Shown: positions 30,055 to 34,106 of the stretch, one piece after another
Layout: the number at the start of each line of letters is the position of its first letter
How positions within the stretch are numbered: the first letter of the stretch is position 1
DNA from: Dokdonella sp.
Lineage (GTDB): Bacteria > Pseudomonadota > Gammaproteobacteria > Xanthomonadales > Rhodanobacteraceae
Length of the DNA stretch: 34,106 nt
Assembly: GCA_036398645.1 (NCBI GenBank)
Contig: DASWOS010000068.1
Coordinates: forward strand, 1 to 34,106
Direction: 5' to 3'
Position numbers and translations under genes: made by a program
The notes under the pieces: generated by a model
The model's database searches: none
What the model saw: the letters and a program-made list of their open reading frames with translations, nothing else
Told to the model about the DNA's origin: nothing

Positions 30055-31089
30055 GTGTCCAGGGGTACGCGTGTGCATTTCGAAAGTCTAGACGAGGTTG
30101 AAGCCTTCTGCCGCGATCTGCCGGAAGGCGATCCGCGCACCGCGGCAGCCGCCGCGGAACGACAGCAGAAGCTGACGAAGCCGCCCGGTAGCCTCGGGCG
30201 CTTGGAGGAACTCGCCATCTGGATGGCGCGTTGGCAGGGGCGCGAGATACCCCGCCTCGACCGAGTCACGATCTGCGTGTTCGCCGGCAACCACGGCGTG
30301 GCGGCGCGCGGCGTCTCGGCGTATCCCTCTGCAGTGACGGAGCAGATGGTCGCGAACTTCGAGGCGGGCGGCGCTGCCGTCAATCAGATCGCGCGGGTCG
30401 CGGGCGCCGAGCTTCGCGTCGCCGCGATCGAGCTCGACCGCCCGACCCGCGACTTCGCACGTGCGCCGGCGATGGATCCGGACGAATTCCTCGACGCGAT
30501 GAACATCGGATGCCGCAACGTCCCGACCGACAGCGATCTGCTCGCCGTCGGCGAGATGGGGATCGGCAACACCACGACGGCAGCGGCGCTTTGCGCCGCA
30601 TTGCTCGGCGGCGGTGCGTCGCGCTGGGCGGGCCGCGGGACGGGCATCGACGATGCCGGCCTCGCGCGCAAGATCGCGGTGATCGAGGCGGCGCTCGATC
30701 TGCACGGTGCATCGCTCGGCGATCCGCTGGCTGCAGCGGCGGCTCTCGGAGGACGCGAGCTGGCTGCGATCGCCGGCGCGGTGCTGGCCGCGCGGCGGCA
30801 TCGAATTCCCGTGCTGCTCGACGGCTTCGTCGCGACCGCCGCCGTGCTTCCGCTGGCGTGCATCGACTCGAGCGTGTTGGATCATTGTCGAAGCGCCCAC
30901 GTCTCCGCCGAGGGCGCTCACGCGGCATTGCTCGCCGAACTCGGCCTGGATCCTTTGCTCGACCTGAAGATGCGTCTCGGCGAGGCTTCGGGCGCCGGTA
31001 CGGCCGTCCTGCTGGTCCGCGCAGCGCTCGCCTGCCATGCCGGCATGGCGACGTTCGCTCAAGCCCGGATCGCCACCGCGAGCCACTGA
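30055..31089 (+). CDS. cobT: Nicotinate-nucleotide--dimethylbenzimidazole phosphoribosyltransferase
   Basis: LTKPPGSLGRLEEL, FAGNHGV, GEMGIGNTT, GRGTG, LDGFV, MRLGEASG, MATF. Confidence 0.95.
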   Translation: MSRGTRVHFESLDEVEAFCRDLPEGDPRTAAAAAERQQKLTKPPGSLGRLEELAIWMARWQGREIPRLDRVTICVFAGNHGVAARGVSAYPSAVTEQMVANFEAGGAAVNQIARVAGAELRVAAIELDRPTRDFARAPAMDPDEFLDAMNIGCRNVPTDSDLLAVGEMGIGNTTTAAALCAALLGGGASRWAGRGTGIDDAGLARKIAVIEAALDLHGASLGDPLAAAAALGGRELAAIAGAVLAARRHRIPVLLDGFVATAAVLPLACIDSSVLDHCRSAHVSAEGAHAALLAELGLDPLLDLKMRLGEASGAGTAVLLVRAALACHAGMATFAQARIATASH

Positions 31090-31623
31090 CGACGCTGCAG
31101 CGTCGGCACGCGGGCACGTTTCGCGGCCGCGCACGTGTTCACCATCGCTTCCGCCCGAAGATCGGCCCTGTTCGGTCCGGCACGGCGGACGGCCGAGCAC
31201 ATCCGCCGGCCGTCGTCGCAAGGCATCCGCGCAAGAAGCACCGACCGGCGCGCACGCCGCGCACGGGCCATCGCTCATCGACAAGCGATCGGCTTAGCGC
31301 CCCAAGCGAACTGAGCGTCAATCGCGTCGCTGAACGTAACGCGTCCGGCAAGCAGGCTTCGGAACTGCCGTTCAGTCCCGCGCGTGCTTCATCGCGGAGA
31401 CGCGTGCGGCCGCGAAAACGACGTTTAAAAAGCGGGGCATCGCGTCGCCCGCATTGATTGCGCAAGCGATGCCAGGGCGGAGGCGACGGTATTTGCGTCC
31501 GGTGCGATGCCGTCGCCCGCCACGGCGGGCCTTCGAGTACACATCGAGGCCGCCTGCGCGCAGCGCGAGATTTTCCAACGGCGAGACGGCCGCCGCAGCC
31601 GTCGTTTCCGACAGGACAGTGAC

Positions 31624-34011
31624 ATGAGCACGAAGAAGACCTCGGGTCCGCGTTCCCGCAAGAGCAACGCCGAAAGATCCGCCGCGCGAAACACCGACAG
31701 CGCGCCGAGCGCGCCGCCGCAGTCGCCGACGGATCGCGCGACGGCTCACGTCGCCGGCACGAATGCGACCGCGGCCGCGATTCCGTTCAACGCGAACAAG
31801 GCCGACGAATATTCCGATTCCGCCGACGTGCAGTCCGGCGAAGGCGGACACGTCGCCGCGCCACCGATCGTGACGGGCAGCACGCTGTCGGAGGCGAACG
31901 AGTCGCGCAAGACCGGTCCGGCGGCCGCGCTCGGCGACAACCCGGCGAGCGGACCGCTGACGCGCGTGCGCGTCAGCTCCGACGGGCAGCGGCTGACGAC
32001 GAACCAAGGCGTGCTCGTCGCCGACAACCAGAATTCGTTGAAGGCCGGCCTGCGCGGCCCCGCGCTGCTCAAGGACTTCATCCTCCGCGAGAAGATCACG
32101 CACTTCGACCACGAACGCATTCCGGAGCGGATCGTGCACGCGCGCGGCAGCGGCGCGCACGGCTTCTTCGAAGCCTACGAATCGCTCGCGGAGCTGACGC
32201 GCGCCGCGCCGTTCCAGCAGAAGGGCAAGCGCACGCCGGTGTTCGTGCGCTTCTCGACGGTCGCCGGCGAGCGCGGCTCCAAGGACACCGCGCGCGACGT
32301 GCGCGGCTTCGCGGTCAAGTTCTACACCGAGGACGGAAACTGGGATCTCGTCGGCAACAACATCCCGGTGTTCTTCATCCAGGACGCGATGAAATTCCCG
32401 GACCTGATCCACGCGGTCAAGCCGGAACCGCACCACGCGATGCCGCAAGCGGCGTCCGCGCACGACACGTTCTGGGACTTCGCGTCGCTGATGCCGGAGT
32501 CGACGCACATGCTGCTGTGGCAGATGTCCGATCGCGCGATTCCGCGCAGCTACCGCATGATGCAAGGCTTCGGCGTCCACACGTTCCGTTTCGTCGACGC
32601 GCGCGGCGAATCCGTGCTGGTCAAGTTCCACTGGTCGCCGCGGCTCGGCACGCATTCGCTGGTGTGGGACGAGGCGGTCAAGATCTCCGGCTGCGATCCC
32701 GACTATCACCGCCGCGATCTGTGGGAAGCGATCGAAGCCGGCGAATACCCCGAATGGGAGCTCGGCGTGCAGGTCTTCAGCGAAGAGCAAGCCGAAGGGC
32801 TCAGCTTCGACGTGCTCGACGCGACCAAGATCGTGCCCGAGGAGCTCGTACCGGTGCGTCCGATCGGCCGGCTCGTGCTCGACCGCAACCCGGACAACTT
32901 CTTCGCCGAGACCGAGCAGGTCGCGTTCTGCACCGCGCACGTGATCCCCGGCATCGACTTCACGAACGACCCGCTGCTCGCCGGGCGCATCCATTCCTAT
33001 GTCGACACGCAGATCTCGCGTCTCGGCGGACCGAACTTCCACGAGCTGCCGATCAACGCACCGATCGCGCCGGTGCACAACAACCAGCGCGACGGCATGC
33101 ACCGGCAGGCGATCGCGCGCGGCCGCGTCGCCTACGAGCCGAACTCGCTCGCCGGCGGCTGCCCGTTCCAAGCCGGCGCCGCGGGCTTCGTCGCGTTCCC
33201 GGAGCCGGTCGCGCAGGACGAGCTGCGCGGCAAGCCGGCCAAGTTCGCCGAGCACTTCAACCAGGCGACGCTGTTCTTCGAGAGCCAGACGCCGGCCGAG
33301 AAGGCGCACATCATCGCCGCGTTCCGGTTCGAGCTCAGCAAGGTCACCGTGCCGGCGATCCGCACGCGCGTGCTGTCGATGCTCGCGAACGTGTCCGAGG
33401 AGCTCGTCGCCGGCGTCGCCGGCGGTCTCGGCGTGCCGGTGCCGGAGCCGATGCCGCGCGCGCTCGACGACGTGCCGGCGCCGGAGGTCACCGCGTCGCC
33501 GGCGCTGTCGCTGATGGCGCGGCCCGGCGAGCTCGGCGTGCGCACGCGCAAGATCGCGATCATGGTCGCCGACGGTTGCGACGGCGCGCAGGTCGCGGCG
33601 CTGCAGCAGGCGCTGCTCGCGGAAGGCGCGATCGGCCGCCTCGTCGGTCCGCGAGTCGGACCGCTCGTCACCGCCGGCGGCGACGAGCTCGACGCGGACG
33701 CGTCGTTCGAGAACGAGCCCGGCGTGCTGTTCGACGGCCTCGTCGTTCCCGGCGGGCGCGCGAGCGCGCGGACGCTCGCGGCCGACGGCCGGCTGATCGA
33801 GCACGTCAAGGATCAGTACCGGCACGGCAAGACGCTGCTGTTCGTCGGCGAAGCACGGGCGATCCTCGAGGCCTGCGGCATCGCGGCCGACGCAGACGAT
33901 CCGGGCCTGCTCGTCGCGGCGCGGTTCACTCCGCGCACGCCCGCGGCGTTCGTCCAGGCGCTGAGCCGTCACCGCCATCCGGAACGCGAAACCGACCCGC
34001 CGAGGATCTGA
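31624..34011 (+). CDS. katE: Large-subunit catalase HPII
   Basis: [20 protein letters not shown] (distal His), [21 protein letters not shown] (proximal Tyr), C-terminal DJ-1-like domain; ATG at 31624 after AGGAC. Confidence 0.95.
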   Translation: MSTKKTSGPRSRKSNAERSAARNTDSAPSAPPQSPTDRATAHVAGTNATAAAIPFNANKADEYSDSADVQSGEGGHVAAPPIVTGSTLSEANESRKTGPAAALGDNPASGPLTRVRVSSDGQRLTTNQGVLVADNQNSLKAGLRGPALLKDFILREKITHFDHERIPERIVHARGSGAHGFFEAYESLAELTRAAPFQQKGKRTPVFVRFSTVAGERGSKDTARDVRGFAVKFYTEDGNWDLVGNNIPVFFIQDAMKFPDLIHAVKPEPHHAMPQAASAHDTFWDFASLMPESTHMLLWQMSDRAIPRSYRMMQGFGVHTFRFVDARGESVLVKFHWSPRLGTHSLVWDEAVKISGCDPDYHRRDLWEAIEAGEYPEWELGVQVFSEEQAEGLSFDVLDATKIVPEELVPVRPIGRLVLDRNPDNFFAETEQVAFCTAHVIPGIDFTNDPLLAGRIHSYVDTQISRLGGPNFHELPINAPIAPVHNNQRDGMHRQAIARGRVAYEPNSLAGGCPFQAGAAGFVAFPEPVAQDELRGKPAKFAEHFNQATLFFESQTPAEKAHIIAAFRFELSKVTVPAIRTRVLSMLANVSEELVAGVAGGLGVPVPEPMPRALDDVPAPEVTASPALSLMARPGELGVRTRKIAIMVADGCDGAQVAALQQALLAEGAIGRLVGPRVGPLVTAGGDELDADASFENEPGVLFDGLVVPGGRASARTLAADGRLIEHVKDQYRHGKTLLFVGEARAILEACGIAADADDPGLLVAARFTPRTPAAFVQALSRHRHPERETDPPRI

Positions 34012-34106
34012 CCGGCACGGCCCGCGCGCGAACGCCGCGCGCGGCCGGATCGGCATCAGCGCTCGGGCCGCCCCTGGGCGGCACCACGGGTGCGCCGCGC
34101 GCTGAG

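Larger units (their letters stand above)
21860..31100. mobile_element. Decayed genomic island integrated at the dusA 5' end (right boundary uncertain)
   Basis: Divergent integrase remnant beside the dusA start, an abrupt shift to less GC-biased sequence, IS remnants, pseudogenes and patchy cargo. No second att copy was found. Confidence 0.7.

Noticed and set aside
31361-31386. GGAAC-N17-CGTG resembling a general-stress ECF promoter upstream of katE
   Set aside because: Imperfect -10 element, about 240 bp from the start, and no second copy for support.
34082-34094. CACCACGGGTGCG, an 11/13 match to the dusA att-region sequence CATCATGGGTGCG, as a possible far att site
   Set aside because: Short GC-rich match; flanking bases do not translate to a dusA N-terminus, and katE looks host-like. 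Sequence beyond the window is needed.

Overview
Very GC-rich bacterial DNA. Gene content, a GTAG-type REP and C-terminal IFxDG(F/Y)D proteins suggest a Xanthomonadales/Rhodanobacteraceae (Dokdonella-like) host; this is inference. Bases 1-21.9 kb are core-like: nfeD/SPFH pair, glcDEF plus a DJ-1/PfpI gene, and a frameshifted secreted-protein gene. Next is an envelope module of MFP + ABC ATPase + two FtsX/MacB-type permeases + sigma54 response regulator + histidine kinase, divergent from ECF sigma/anti-sigma/PDZ genes. Then come uup, a DMT transporter, LysR and dusA. From the dusA 5' end (~21.86 kb) to roughly 31 kb lies a less GC-skewed, decayed genomic island. It holds a broken dusA-associated tyrosine integrase, two IS3 remnants, a delta-60 repeat protein, an orphan glmS 3' fragment, a second frameshifted secreted gene, a PD40/TolB-like propeller and a cobC-cobS/cobT module. 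katE follows. Most notable: (1) a shared C-terminal D-x-I-F-x-D-G-[FY]-D tag on three unrelated exported proteins; (2) a regulatory cascade readable in the DNA, with the same ECF-type promoter before the ECF gene and before the sigma54 activator/kinase pair, and a perfect sigma54 promoter plus repeated UAS-like boxes before the ABC exporter operon. Most long ORFs in the supplied track are high-GC shadow frames.
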